Translations under genes and position numbers: made by a program
Assembly: GCA_963716955.1 (NCBI GenBank)
Contig: CAVQUY010000005.1
Coordinates: 214,011 to 278,010 of the forward strand
Reading direction: 5' to 3'
Source: an uncultured Actinomycetota bacterium
GTDB lineage: Bacteria; Actinomycetota; Actinomycetes; Mycobacteriales; Pseudonocardiaceae
Length of the DNA: 64,000 nucleotides
The notes under the pieces: model-generated
Told to the model about the DNA's origin: nothing
What the model saw: only the letters and a program-made list of their open reading frames with translations
Databases searched by the model: none
Shown: positions 52,176 to 63,264 of the stretch, one piece after another
Layout: each line of letters begins with the position of its first letter
Numbering within the stretch: the first letter of the stretch is position 1

Positions 52176-52295
52176 TAGTGCGCGGACCGCACGGTGCTGT
52201 CCAGGACGGGACACCGGCGGCCGGTGAGCGGGTCCGACGCTTCACGAGACCTCCGCGGCCGGGGAGCTCGACCGGCGCTCGGCATGATCGACTGC

Positions 52296-52628
52296 CTAGC
52301 GGGTGGACCGCGGAGGGCATCCCCGGTCGCGGCTGCAGGCCGTGAGGGCCTCGAGCAGCGGCGCCAGGCGGTGGCCCTCCGCGGAGAGCGAGTACTCGGT
52401 GCGCGGCGGGCGGGAGTCGAGCACCCGCCGCTCGAGGAGCCCGGCGGACTCGAGGTCGGCCAGGCGCGCCGCCAGCGTGGCCGGCGGCACCTGGCCGAGC
52501 GCCTGCTCGAACTCGGAGAACCGGGCCGCACCGAGGTGCGCGGCGTAGAGCACCGAGAGCGACCAGCGTCGCTCCAGCAGTGCCGTCAGCGCACGCACCT
52601 CGGGCGGTACCGGCTCCCGCGAGCACAT
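52296..52628 (-). CDS. HxlR-family winged-helix transcriptional regulator
   Basis: ...ALLERRWSLSVLYAAHLGAARFSEFEQALGQVPPATLAARLADLESAGLLERR matches the HxlR core. Confidence 0.8.
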   Translation of the reverse strand: MCSREPVPPEVRALTALLERRWSLSVLYAAHLGAARFSEFEQALGQVPPATLAARLADLESAGLLERRVLDSRPPRTEYSLSAEGHRLAPLLEALTACSRDRGCPPRSTR

Positions 52629-52629
52629 C

Positions 52630-54935
52630 TCAGGCGGCCACCTCGAGGCCCGGAGCCGGCTGGGCCACCGGCTCGAGGGCCACGTCGAGGACCTCGTTGA
52701 TGGTCATCGACGGGTGGAACTCCAGCTGACCGGCGACGTCCGCGGGGACGTCGTCGAGGTCGGCGCGGTTGCGCTCCGGGACGATGATCTGCGTCAGGCC
52801 CGCCGCGTGCGCGGCCAGCACCTTCTGCTTCACCCCGCCGATCGGGAGCACCCGGCCCTGCAGCGTCAGCTCACCGGTCATCGCGACGGTGTGCCGCACC
52901 GGTCGCCCGGTCAGCAGCGACACCAGGGCGGTGGCCATGGTGACGCCCGCCGACGGCCCGTCCTTCGGGATCGCGCCCGCGGGGACGTGCACGTGGAACG
53001 AGCGTCCCGCGAACGCGTCCTCGGCGATGCCCAGGTCCGCGGCGTGCGAGCGCACCCACGACAGGGCGATCCGGGCCGACTCCTTCATGACGTCGCCGAG
53101 CTGGCCGGTGAGGATCAGGCCCTCGTCGCCGGTCATGGCGGCCGCCTCGATGAACAGGACGTCGCCGCCCGCGCCGGTCACGGCCATGCCGGTCGCGACG
53201 CCGGGCACCGCGGTCCGCTCGACGGCCTCGACGAAGACCCGCTGCCGGCCGAGGTGGCGGCGGACCACGTCGGTGTCGACGACGACCGGCCCGGTGCCGG
53301 TGGCCACCCCCGTCGCGATCTTGCGGGTCAGCTTGCCGAGCGCGCGGTCGAGCTGCCGGACGCCGGACTCGCGGGTGTACTCCGACACCACGAGGCGCAG
53401 CGCCGACTCGTCGGCCGTCACGTCCTCGGGCGTCAGGCCGGCGCTCGTGATCTGGCGCGGCAGCAGGTGGTCCCGCGCGATGGCGACCTTCTCCTCGACG
53501 GTGTAGCCGTCGAAGGAGATGACCTCCATGCGGTCGAGCAGCGGGCCCGGGATCGGGTCGACCTGGTTGGCGGTCGCCAGGAAGACGACCTGCGAGAGGT
53601 CGATCTCGACGTCGAGGTAGTGGTCGCGGAACGCGTGGTTCTGCGCCGGGTCCAGGACCTCGAGCAGCGCGGCGGACGGGTCGCCGCGCCAGTCGGCGCC
53701 GACCTTGTCCACCTCGTCGAGCAGGATCACCGGGTTCATCGTGCCCGCGTCGCGCAGGGCGCGCACCAGGCGCCCGGGCAGGGCGCCGACGTAGGTCCGG
53801 CGGTGACCGCGGATCTCGGCCTCGTCACGGATGCCGCCGAGCGACATCCGCACGAACTCGCGGCCCATCGCGCGGGCCACCGACTCGCCGATCGAGGTCT
53901 TGCCGGTGCCGGGCGGCCCGACCAGGGTCAGGATCGTCCCGGCCCGGCGGTCACCCTCGACGCCCCGGTCGCGGCGCAGCTTGCGCACGGCCAGGTACTC
54001 GACGATGCGGTCCTTCACGTCCTCGAGGCCGGTGTGGTCGGCGTCGAGCACGGTGCGGGCCGCGGCCGGGTCGAGCTGCTCGTCGGAGACCTTCGCCCAC
54101 GGCAGGGCGAGCAGCCAGTCGAGGTAGGTCCGGATCATCGAGGACTCGCCGGACTGCTCACCGGCGCGCTCCAGGCGGGCGAGCTCGCGCTCGGCCTGCT
54201 CGCGCACGTGGTCGGGCATGCCGGCCTCGGCGATCTTCGCGCGGTAGTCGTCGCCGCGCGCCGGCGTCGTCGGAGCCCTCGCCCAGTTCCTTGCGGATGG
54301 ACTCCAGCTGGCGACGCAGCACGTACTCGCGCTGCGCCTTCGCCGCGCCGGACTCCACGTCCTCGCGCAGCGACTTGCGCACCTGCAGCTCCGCGAGCCG
54401 CTCGCGCTGCAGGCGCAGCGCCAGCTCGAGGCGCTCGCGCACGTCGAGCGTCTCCAGCAGGGACACCTTGTCGGCGTACGGACGTCTCGGGCGCCCAGCC
54501 GGCGGTGTCGGCCAGGGCGCCGGGCTCGTCGATCGCGCGCAGGAGCCCGGTCGCGCGCCCGTCGTCGCCGCGCAGCTCGAGGACCTCCTCGACCACGGCG
54601 CGGTAGGTGGTCTCCAGCTCGCGGATCCGTCCGTCGCGCTCGACGGCGTCCGGGTGGGCGGTCACCTCGACGCGCAACCCGGCGCCGTCGGCGCTGCCCG
54701 TCCCGGCCTTCCCGCGGTGCACCCCGGTGAGCTGCACGGCGGTCACGCCGTTCGGCATCCGGGTCCGGCCCGTGACGTCGGCGACGGTGCCGACCGCGGC
54801 GAAGTGCCCGTCGTGGCGCGGGACGAGCAGGACCTGCTCGCCCTTCTCGGCGCCGACCTCGGCGGCCGGCACCACGAGGCTCATCCCGGGGAAGATCACG
54901 TTGTCGTCGACGGGGACCAGCAACAGCTCGGTCAT
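52630..54935 (-). CDS. lon: ATP-dependent Lon protease (LonA: LON N-domain, AAA+, S16 protease); 2 apparent frameshifts near 54230-54500
   Basis: Walker [10 protein letters not shown]; sensor ...VDKVG...; S16 active site [18 protein letters not shown] (Ser) and K further on. The N-terminal LON domain is in ORF 54135..54935. Confidence 0.8.
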
Positions 54936-54947
54936 CTCGTCACCCCA

Positions 54948-55818
54948 TCACTCGTACTTGGTAGCTGCTACAAGTGTTGAAGCGGCTTCAGTATTCCGCC
55001 ACCGCTCCCGCAGGGCGAGGGCGTCGTGCGGGGCGTGGCCCTCGGCGTCGTTGTCGAAGTAGACGAGGACCTCGCGGCCGCTCGGCCGCCCACGCGGCGG
55101 CCTTCGCGGCCCAGGCCCTGCAGCGCGGCCGCGTCGTAGGCGCTGCGGTAGAGCTCGTCGTGGCCGTGGAGGCGGACGTAGACGAGGTCGGTGGTGACGT
55201 CGTCGAAGCAGGGGAATGCCCGGCGCCGTCGGAGACGACGAGGGCCACGTCGTGGGCGCGCAGGAGCGCGACGAGGTCGGGGGTGGCGAAGCTCGGGTGC
55301 CGCGGCTCGAGGGCGTGGCGGAGCGGCCGGTCCTCGTCGGTGACCGTGCAGGGGTCGGGGACGCGGTCGGTGTGGGCGGCGGCGAGGGCCGCGGCCTCCC
55401 CCGTGGTGCGCGGGAGCAGGCGCAGGAACCCCTCGATCCGCTCGGGGTCCCAGCCCAGGTTCGGCGGGAGCTGCCAGAGGACCGGGCCGAGCTTCGGGCC
55501 CGAGCGCGAGCAGGCCGGAGGCGAGGAAGCGGCCGAGGGGCTCGGCGACGTCGCGGAGCTTGCGCATGTGCGTGAGGTAGCGGCTGCCCTTCACCGCGAA
55601 CCGGAAGTCCTCCGGGGTGGCCGCCGCCCAGGTGCGGAACGACGAGGCCCGCTGCAGCGAGTAGAAGGTGCCGTTGATCTCGGCGGTGTCCAGCCGACCG
55701 GCGAGGTACTCGAGGCGGCGGCGCCGGGCCAGCCCGTCCGGGTAGAAGGTCCCCGCCCAGTGGTCGTAGGTCCAGCCCGAGGTGCCCACGCGCACCCGGC
55801 CCCGCCCCGTCCCGGCCA
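54948..55818 (-). CDS. DUF72-family protein; multiple frameshifts
   Basis: RVGTSGWTYDHWAGTFYP...EINGTFY...FAVKGSRYLTH.. N-terminal; the ...VYFDNDAEGHAPHDALALRERW C-terminus is found in another frame. Confidence 0.6.
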
Positions 55819-55871
55819 TCGCGGTGATCGTAGGCCGGGCCGTGCGGCCGGGCGGATGGCAGGATCGTCGG

Positions 55872-57570
55872 GTGGTCGCACTGGTCACCGGCGTGGTCGC
55901 CCTGGTCATCGTGACCGCGGTGGTCCGCGCCGGCGCACGCCGGACGGGGGTCCCCGACCCCATCGCGCTGCTCCTCGTGGGCATCGGGCTCTCGTGGGTG
56001 CCCGGGCTGCCGGAGTACCGCATCAACCCCGACCTCGTCCTCGTCGTCGTCCTCCCGGTGCTGCTCTACTGCGCCGGCTTCGCGGCGTCGCTCCCGGCCT
56101 TCCGCATCCACCTGCGCCCGATCCTGCTGCTCTCGGTGGGCCTGACGATCGTGTCCGCGCTGGCCGTCGGCGGGGTCGCGGCCGCGCTCGTGCCCGGGCT
56201 CGGGTTCGCCGCGGCGTGCGCCCTCGGCGCGGTGGTGGCCCCGCCCGACGCCGTCGCCGCCACCGCGATCGCCCGCACCATCCGGCTCCCCCGGCGGGTG
56301 GTGGCGCTGCTCGAGGGCGAGAGCCTGTTCAACGACGCGGCCGCGCTCACCGTGCTCGCCGTCGCGGTGGGTGCCGTGCAGGGCGACACCCTCTCCTTCC
56401 CCCAGGCGGTGGGCCGGTTCCTGCTGGTCAGCCTCGGCGGCCTCGTCGCGGGCGCGGTGTCGGCGGTCGTCATCGGGTGGGTCCGCCAGCGCGTGACCCA
56501 CCCCTACACCGACGTCGTGGTGTTCCTCGTCGCGCCGTTCGTGTCCTACCTGCCCGCCGAGGAGCTGGGCGCCTCGGGCCTGGTCGCGGTGGTCGTCGCC
56601 GGGCTCTACCTGGGCCACCGCGCGACGACGATCATGGAACCCGCGGCCCGGGTCGTCACCGGGGCGGTCCGCACCGCGGTGTCGTGGCTGCTCGAGGGGA
56701 TGGTCTTCCTCGTCGTCGGGCTGCAGCTGCGGCGCGTGCTCGCCGGGATCGGCGGGATGGCCCCGACCGCGGTGGCGGCGGTGACGCTGGCCGTCGTCGG
56801 GACGCTCATCGGGGTCCGGTTCGCCTGGGTCGTGCTCGCCGAGCAGGGCCTCGCGACGGCCCTGCGGCGCCGGCACGCGTCCTGGACGGAGACGACGCTG
56901 ACGGCGTGGTCGGGCATGCGCGGGGCGGTGTCCCTCGCGGCCGTGCTCACGCTGCCCGTCGCCCTGCCCGACGGCCGGGCGTTCCCGCAGCGCGACCTGA
57001 TCGTCTTCGTGACCTTCGTCGTCATCCTCGCGACGCTGCTCGGCCAGGGCGTGACCCTGCCCGCCCTCGCCCGCCGCCTGCCGGGAGCGCGCGGGGAGGA
57101 GGTCGAGGAGGCGCAGGAGGAGGCCCGCGCCCGGCGGATGGCCGCGGACGCCGCCCTGGAGTGCCTCGAGCAGCTCGAGCGCGAGGACCCCGGGCGGCGT
57201 GCCGTCGTCGACCAGCTCCGGCGCCGCGTGCAGAACCGCATCGACGCGGCGACCGAGGCCCAGGTCGAGGCCGATTCGCCGGGCCGACGCCGGCGGGCCG
57301 TCGGACGCCGTCGAGGCGCCCGACGACCAGGCCGCGGGGCGCGGCGGGACGACCGCCTCCGTCGCGGCGCCGGCGGGGCACGACGACGAGCAGGACGAGC
57401 AGCCGGCGGAGTCGACCCGCGAGTCCTACCGCCGCTACGGCCAGGCGATGCTCGTGGCCGAGCGGTCCCGCCTGCTGGCCCTGCGCAACGCGGGCACGCT
57501 CGGCGAGGACGCGTTCGTCCGCATCCAGCACGAGCTCGACCTGGAGCAGGCCGCGCTGGTGGTGCGCTGA
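55872..57570 (+). CDS. Na+/H+ antiporter (CPA1/NhaP type) with a C-terminal cytoplasmic regulatory domain; frameshift near 57290
   Basis: 12-13 TM helices with ...LLEGESLFNDAAALTVLAV... (conserved CPA1 FND motif); the soluble tail continues in ORF 57199..57570. Confidence 0.75.
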
Positions 57571-57691
57571 GCCCGCCCGGGTCGGGGGTTTCCGCGACGA
57601 GCAGCACGGACACCCGCCCCTCGGACGGGCCCACCACCGGCGCCCGCCGCCGTCCCCGCCCGGGACGTGCCCCGTGCCCGCAGGGGGGACC

Positions 57692-58681
57692 GTGACCTCC
57701 GCCGCCTCGCCGCGACCGGCCGGCGACCCGCTCGCCCGGGCCCTCGCCGCCCTGGCGCTCGACCCCTCCCCCCGCGAGCACCTGCTCGACAACTGGCGGG
57801 TGCTCGCCCGGACCGCGGAGCACGACCTCGACGCCGCCCGCCTCGCCGAGGCCCACCTCGACGCGGCGACGATCACCGCCGAGCTCGGCGGGGCCCGCGT
57901 CGAACCCGGGTCGCTGTGGGGCGTGTGGGCCGCGGGCAGCGCGGACACCGCCGTCCACGCGACCCACGACGGCGAGGGCTGGTCGCTGTCCGGGCGCCGG
58001 CCCTGGTGCTCCGGATCCGACCGGTGCACCCACGCGCTCGTCACCGCCGACGCCCCCGACGGCGGGCGCCTCTTCGCCGTCGACCTCGCCGGCCCGGCCT
58101 CCCGCCCCGACGGCGATCCCTGGCGGGGCGTGGGGATGCGCGACAGCGGCACCGCCACGGTCCGCTTCACCGCGGCCCCCGCCGTGCCGGTCGGCGGACC
58201 GGGCGCGTACCTCGAGCGCCCGGGCTTCTGGCACGGCGCCGTCGGGGTCGCCGCGGCGTGGTTCGGCGGGGCGGTCGGGGCCGCGGCCCCGCTGCGCGAG
58301 CGCCTGGCGCAGGGCCGCGGCGACGACCACGACGCCGCCCACCTCGGCCGGGTGGACACCGCGCTCGCGTCGGCGGGCGCGGTCCTGCGCGCGGCCGCCG
58401 TCGGGATCGCCGACCCGGACGCCCTCACCGAGCCCGTGCCGCGGGCCCGCCGCCGCGCGCTGCGCGCCCGCGCCGCCGTGGAGGAGGCCGTCGAGACGGT
58501 CCTGCGCAGCACCGGCCGCGCCACCGGGCCCCGGCCGCTGGCCCGGGACGCGGACCACGCCCGCCACGTCGCCGACCTCGAGGTCTACGTGCGCCAGAGC
58601 CACGCCGAGCGGGACCTCGCGACCCTCGGCCGGCTCGCGGCCGAGCTCGACGGTGACCGCGCCGACGGGGTGCGCCTGTGA
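57692..58681 (+). CDS. Acyl-CoA-dehydrogenase-like protein (short, about 330 aa); first gene of a 4-gene coupled operon
   Basis: ...GEGWSLSGRRPWCSGSDRCTHALV.. (ACAD middle beta-barrel, 'W.SG' motif) and helical C-terminal domain; stop overlaps the next GTG. Confidence 0.6.
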   Translation: MTSAASPRPAGDPLARALAALALDPSPREHLLDNWRVLARTAEHDLDAARLAEAHLDAATITAELGGARVEPGSLWGVWAAGSADTAVHATHDGEGWSLSGRRPWCSGSDRCTHALVTADAPDGGRLFAVDLAGPASRPDGDPWRGVGMRDSGTATVRFTAAPAVPVGGPGAYLERPGFWHGAVGVAAAWFGGAVGAAAPLRERLAQGRGDDHDAAHLGRVDTALASAGAVLRAAAVGIADPDALTEPVPRARRRALRARAAVEEAVETVLRSTGRATGPRPLARDADHARHVADLEVYVRQSHAERDLATLGRLAAELDGDRADGVRL

Positions 58682-59448
58682 CGGCACCGCCGCGCGACCT
58701 GACCGGGCCCGGCACCGCCGAGGCGCGCTGGCGCTCCTCGGGGCTGCTCGCGGCGCTCCCCCGGGTCGCTCCCGGCGGATCTCCGGCCGGCCGGGCGCGT
58801 CGTCGTCGTCGCCCCGCATCCCGACGACGAGACCCTCGGCGCCGGCGGGACGCTCGCCGCGTGGGCGGCCGACGGCGGCGTCGACGTCACCGTCGTCGCG
58901 GTGACCGACGGGGAGGCCAGCCACCCCGGCAGCCCCACCGTGGGTCCCGCGGAGCTCGCCGGTCGCCGGCACGAGGAACGGCGCCGGGCCCTGGCCGCCC
59001 TCGGCCTGCCCGACGCCACGGTGGTCCGCGCCGGGCTCCCCGACGGCGGCGTCGCGGCGCACCGCGGTGCGCTCGCCGACCTGCTCGACGAGCTCCTGCG
59101 CCCCGGCGACACGCTGCTCGCGCCGGTGCCCGGCGACGGGCACCCCGACCACGACGCCGTCGCCGAGGTCGCCGACGACGCCGCCGCCCGCCACGGGCTG
59201 GCCCGGTGGCACTACGCGGTCTGGCTGTGGCACTGGGCGGAGCCCGACGATCGCGGTCGGTGCCCCGCGAGGGCGCGGTCGCGGTGCTGCTGCCCGGCGA
59301 CGCGCAGCAGGCCAAGCGGGACGCGGTCGCGTGCTTCACCACCCAGGTCGAGCCGCTCTCGGCCGACCCGCGCGACGCGGCGATCCTGCCGCCGGAGGTG
59401 CTGGCCCGGTTGCTGCGGGAGGTCGAGGTGCTGTGGAGGACCCGGTGA
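58678..59448 (+). CDS. PIG-L (LmbE/MshB-like) N-acetylglucosaminyl deacetylase family protein; about 3 frameshifts
   Basis: ...VVVAPHPDDETLGAGGTLA... (PIG-L AHPDDE motif) and ...PGDGHPDHDAVAEV.. (HxDH zinc site) recovered across frames; GTGA coupling on both sides. Confidence 0.7.
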   Translation: MTAPPRDLTGPGTAEARWRSSGLLAALPRVAPGGSPAGRARRRRRPASRRRDPRRRRDARRVGGRRRRRRHRRRGDRRGGQPPRQPHRGSRGARRSPARGTAPGPGRPRPARRHGGPRRAPRRRRRGAPRCARRPARRAPAPRRHAARAGARRRAPRPRRRRRGRRRRRRPPRAGPVALRGLAVALGGARRSRSVPREGAVAVLLPGDAQQAKRDAVACFTTQVEPLSADPRDAAILPPEVLARLLREVEVLWRTR

Positions 59449-60072
59449 GCACGGCGGGCGCGCGGTCGCTCGACACGGCGCACTTCGACCGCCTCTGGCG
59501 CGACGAGGACGACCCGTGGGGGCTGGAGTCGTCCTGGTACGAGGACCGCAAGCGCGCCGTGGTCCTCGCCGCGCTGCCCGACCCGCGGTACCGCCGCGCG
59601 TTCGAGCCGGGGTGCGCGGGCGGGGCGCTCTCCGTGCTGCTCGCCGACCGCTGCGACGAGCTCGTCGCCACCGACGTCGCGCAGGAGGCGGTGGACCGGG
59701 CCCGCGGCCGGCTGCGCGGGCAGCGTGGACGTCCGGGTCGAGCGGGCCGCGGTCCCCCACGAGGTCCCGGACGGGCCGTTCGACCTCGTCGTCGTCTCCG
59801 AGCTCGCCTACTACTTCGGCGCGGACGACCGGGCCGCGCTGTGGGAGGCCGTCCGGGACCGGTTGGCGCCCGGCGGCACGCTGCTGGCCGTGCACTGGAT
59901 CCGGGAGGCGCCGGAGTACCCCGTCGGCGGGGACGCGGTCCACGACGAGCTCGCCCGGCTCGACGGGCTCGCGCGGATCGCGGAGCACCGCGAGGCCGAC
60001 TTCCGCCTCGACGTGCTCACCCGGACCCCGCCCGAGGCCCGCTCGGTCGCCCAGCGGGTGGGGCTGCGGTGA
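59445..60072 (+). CDS. NodS-like class I SAM-dependent methyltransferase
   Basis: ...FDRLWRDEDDPWGLESSWYEDRKRAV... (NodS-type N-terminus) ...EPGCAGGALSVLLADRCDELVATDV (motif I) ...LVVVSELAYY... ...LAPGGTLLAVHW (motif III). Confidence 0.75.
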
Positions 60073-60818
60073 CCCGACCACTGCCGGTGCCGGACCTGCC
60101 CGACCAGCCGGTCCTGGGCGTCGTCGTCCCCGCCCACGACGAGCAGGACCTCCTCGGCGGGTGCCTGGACGCGCTGGCCCGCGCCGCGCGGTGGGTGTCC
60201 GACCGCGCCGTGGTCCGCACCCTCGTCGTCCTCGACGCGTGCCGGGACCGGACCGCCGACGTCGCCGCCGCGCACGGCGTCGAGACCCTCGTGACCGCCG
60301 ACCACTGCGTCGGCCGGGCCCGCGACGCCGGGTGCGCCGCGCTGCTCGACGGCCCGGGCGCGCGGCCGGGCTGGCTCGCCACCACCGACGCCGACTCGCG
60401 GGTGCCGCCCGACTGGCTGCTCGCCCAGCTCGAGGCGTGGACCCGGCCCGCCGACGCCCGGGTGGGCGCGGTGTACGTCGAGGACTGGAGCGAGCAGTCC
60501 CCGGCCGCCGCGCACTGGTTCTCCGACGTCTACGACACCGCGGGCGACCCGCATCCCCACGTCCACGGGGCGAACCTCGGCGTGCGCGCGGACGCCTACC
60601 GGGCGTGCGGCGGCTTCCACGGCCTCCCGACCGGCGAGGACGTCGCGCTCGTCGACGCCCTGGACGCGGGCGGGTTCGCGGTGCACCGCACCCGGCGCAG
60701 CCCGGTACTGACCAGCGGGCGCCGGATCGCGCGGGCCGACGGCGGCTTCGCCGGGCGGCTGGTCGACCTCGGGTCGCGCGCCCCCGACCTGGACGCCGGG
60801 ACCCAGCGCGCCGGCTGA
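60069..60818 (+). CDS. Family-2 glycosyltransferase (GT-A fold)
   Basis: ...VLGVVVPAHDEQDLLGGCLDAL.., ..LVVLDACRDRT.. (DxD-like), ..WLATTDADSRVPPDWL.. are typical of GT2. Confidence 0.8.
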   Translation: MTRPLPVPDLPDQPVLGVVVPAHDEQDLLGGCLDALARAARWVSDRAVVRTLVVLDACRDRTADVAAAHGVETLVTADHCVGRARDAGCAALLDGPGARPGWLATTDADSRVPPDWLLAQLEAWTRPADARVGAVYVEDWSEQSPAAAHWFSDVYDTAGDPHPHVHGANLGVRADAYRACGGFHGLPTGEDVALVDALDAGGFAVHRTRRSPVLTSGRRIARADGGFAGRLVDLGSRAPDLDAGTQRAG

Positions 60819-60845
60819 CCAGGACCGACGCCCGTGGTCCTCGGC

Positions 60846-61889
60846 CTAGCCGCGCCGGCGTGCGGCCCGGGTGACCATCTCGGCGAACAGCTCCTGCAGC
60901 GTGATGCCGCCCTGCGCGGCCATCACCACGACCACGCTGGTGCGGGCGAACGAGCAGTAGAGCCCCGCCTCGAGGAACCAGGGCCGGCCGTCGGGGTCGA
61001 CGCGGAAGTCGAACAGCCCGTAGTCGCGGCAGCCCAGCGCGACGTAGCAGCGCCGCGCCGCCTCCCAGACGGCCGGCGTCACCGGGTCGTCGACGTCGAC
61101 CGGCCACGCCTTGCCGTCGCCCTTCGCGACCAGCCCGAGCCCGCCGTCGTCGCCGCGGGCGAGCTTGTCGGCGGGCGTGCGGATCGGCGCCGCCTCGGCG
61201 TCGACCGGGTACTCCTCGAGCGGCAGGCACACCAGCTCGGTGCCGCGCTCGACCACCCCGCACCGCACCTCGCGCCCGGCCGGGACGTAGGTCTCCACGA
61301 GGGCGGCGCCCGCGTGCTCGAAGGCGGCCGACAGTGCGGGCCCGAGCTCCTCGGGCCGGCGGACGAGGGTGACACCCGAGCGAGTTGTCGGAGTCCGCCG
61401 GCTTGACGACCACCGGGAGCCCGACGTCGGGCGGCGTCGTCGCCGGGGCGCACGACGACGCCGGCCGGGACGTCGACGCCGCCGTGCGCGACGATCGCGC
61501 GGGCCCGCGGCTTGTCCGCGCCGACGGCCATGACGTCGGGGGCGTTCCCGACGACCGGGACGCCGAGCACGTCGAACAGGGCGCGGTAGGACGTCATGCC
61601 GGGCAGGCAGAACATCTGGGGGACGACGACGTCGGGCGCGAGCTCCCGGAGGTGCGCGATCGCGTCGCCGATCTCCAGCGCCGGGGTCGCGGCGAGCACG
61701 GCGTCGTCGAGCGCCGTGCCGTCGGCCGCTGCCGGGAAGCGCCAGCACCCGTCGGGCGAGACGTGGGCGACGGCGAACTCGTAGCGGGTCGGGTCGGCGA
61801 CCGCGTCGAGGGCGTCGCGGGCGTAGAGCCGGGAGAGCTCGGCGAGGAACTCGCTGGTCGGGGACCCGACGAGGTGCAGGACGCGCATG
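60846..61889 (-). CDS. ATP-grasp enzyme, D-alanine-D-alanine-ligase-like; frameshift near 61380
   Basis: N-terminal Rossmann-like MRVLHLVGSP...; central ...PVVVKPADSDNSLGVTLV...; C-terminal ...GCRDYGLFDFRVDPDGRPWFLEAGLYCSF (Ddl C-domain Mg site). Confidence 0.7.
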   Translation of the reverse strand, partial: HARPAPRRVPDQRVPRRALPALRPRRPRRGRRPDPLRVRRRPRLARRVLALPGSGRRHGARRRRARRDPGAGDRRRDRAPPGARARRRRPPDVLPARHDVLPRPVRRARRPGRRERPRRHGRRRGQAAGPRDRRARRRRRPGRRRRAPRRRRRPTSGSRWSSSRRTPTTRSGVTLVRRPEELGPALSAAFEHAGAALVETYVPAGREVRCGVVERGTELVCLPLEEYPVDAEAAPIRTPADKLARGDDGGLGLVAKGDGKAWPVDVDDPVTPAVWEAARRCYVALGCRDYGLFDFRVDPDGRPWFLEAGLYCSFARTSVVVVMAAQGGITLQELFAEMVTRAARRRG

Positions 61890-61890
61890 A

Positions 61891-63264
61891 TCACGGAGTC
61901 TGCACCGCCCTCAGTCCCCGGCCGGCTCGACGAGCTTGCCGATGTTGAAGTCGATCTTGACCCAGTCGCGGCCCTCGCGCAGGTTCCGCCACAGCAGCGC
62001 CGGGATCTGCAGGTGGTGCTCCAGCAGGAACGGCAGCGGGTCGTCGAGGTCGAAGATCGCGTCCCGGCCGCGCAGGACCACCCGCAGCCGCTCGGGGACG
62101 CTCGTCGGGCGGCGAGAGCATCCGCCAGAGCTCGTGGTAGAGCCAGTACGTGGGCCGGACGGTCGGGGTCGGCGTCAGGGTCGGGCGCCCGGCGCCGGGG
62201 TCCGCGGGCTCGAGGTACGCCCGGGCCAGCTCGGCGTAGCGGTCGTGGAACATCGTGATCGCGGAGTGGGTGCGCGGGTTGCACTCCAGGGCGACCAGCG
62301 CGCCGTCGTCGCCGACGATGAAGTCGAACGAGTACTGGCCGGTGAGCTTGCCCTCGGCGACGAACGTCTCCACCCACCGCTCGATCTCCGGCACGTCGAC
62401 CGGGGCGTAGTTCACCTGGAACGCCGAGGACTCGCAGCAGCAGTAGACGACCAGGCGCCCGTCGCGGGCGGTGCCGTGCGTGCAGTACTCGCGGCCGGGC
62501 ACGAACGCCTGGAGGATCCACGGGGTCCCGGGCGAGATCGGCTTCGACCGGGCGAGCGCGGCGGTCTCCTCCGCGGGTCGGGCGCGGGAGCGCGGTGAGG
62601 TCGAGCCGGTTGACCGGGTCGTACGGGATGCTCTTGAGCACGTAGGGCGGCCCGTCGGCGGGGAAGGCGAACGCCTCGACCTCGGCGGCGGACGTGACGC
62701 GGTGGGTGTCGGGCACCGGCAGGCCGGCCGCCCGCGCGGCCGCCGCGAACGCGGCCTTGTCGTCGACGGTGCCGATCGCCTCGGCGTCGCCGTGCAGCAC
62801 CTCGCAGCACTGCTCGAGCACCGGCTTGGCCAGCGCGTCGTACCAGCTCGACGCCGGGCTGCACACCGGCACGTAGACGTCGACGCCCTCGCGGCGCACC
62901 ACGTCGACCAGGGCGTCGACGTAGCCGGGGTCGTCGGGGGCCGGGACGACGTGGAAGGTGTCCACGGCGCGGGAGAAGCGGTGCCCGGTGAGGCGGTAGC
63001 GCGCCGACTCGACGAGCACGACCCGGTGCCCCGCCGCGTGGAACGCCCGCGCCAGCGCGAGCGCCTTCGTCATCTTCCCGCCGCTGACCAGCACCGTCCG
63101 GGGCCGTTCCGGGGTCTCCCGGGCGGGGGCGCCGACGACGGCGCCGCGGGCGAGCGCGGCCGCGGTGACGGCGAGGTTCGCGGGCAGGGCGGCGAGCAGC
63201 AGCGCCTGGGCGCCGAGGGTGCGGGCGGCGCCGACCCAGCGCCTCCCACCGAACGGGGTCACGC
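61891..63264 (-). CDS. ATP-grasp domain protein (carboxylate-amine ligase-like); frameshift near 62580; start uncertain
   Basis: ...ILQAFVPGREYCTHGTARDGRLVVYCCCESSAFQVNYAPVD... and ...FDFIVGDDGALVALECNPR (ATP-grasp B-loop/Mg site); N-terminal ...TVLVSGGKMTKALALARAFHAAGHRV. Confidence 0.65.
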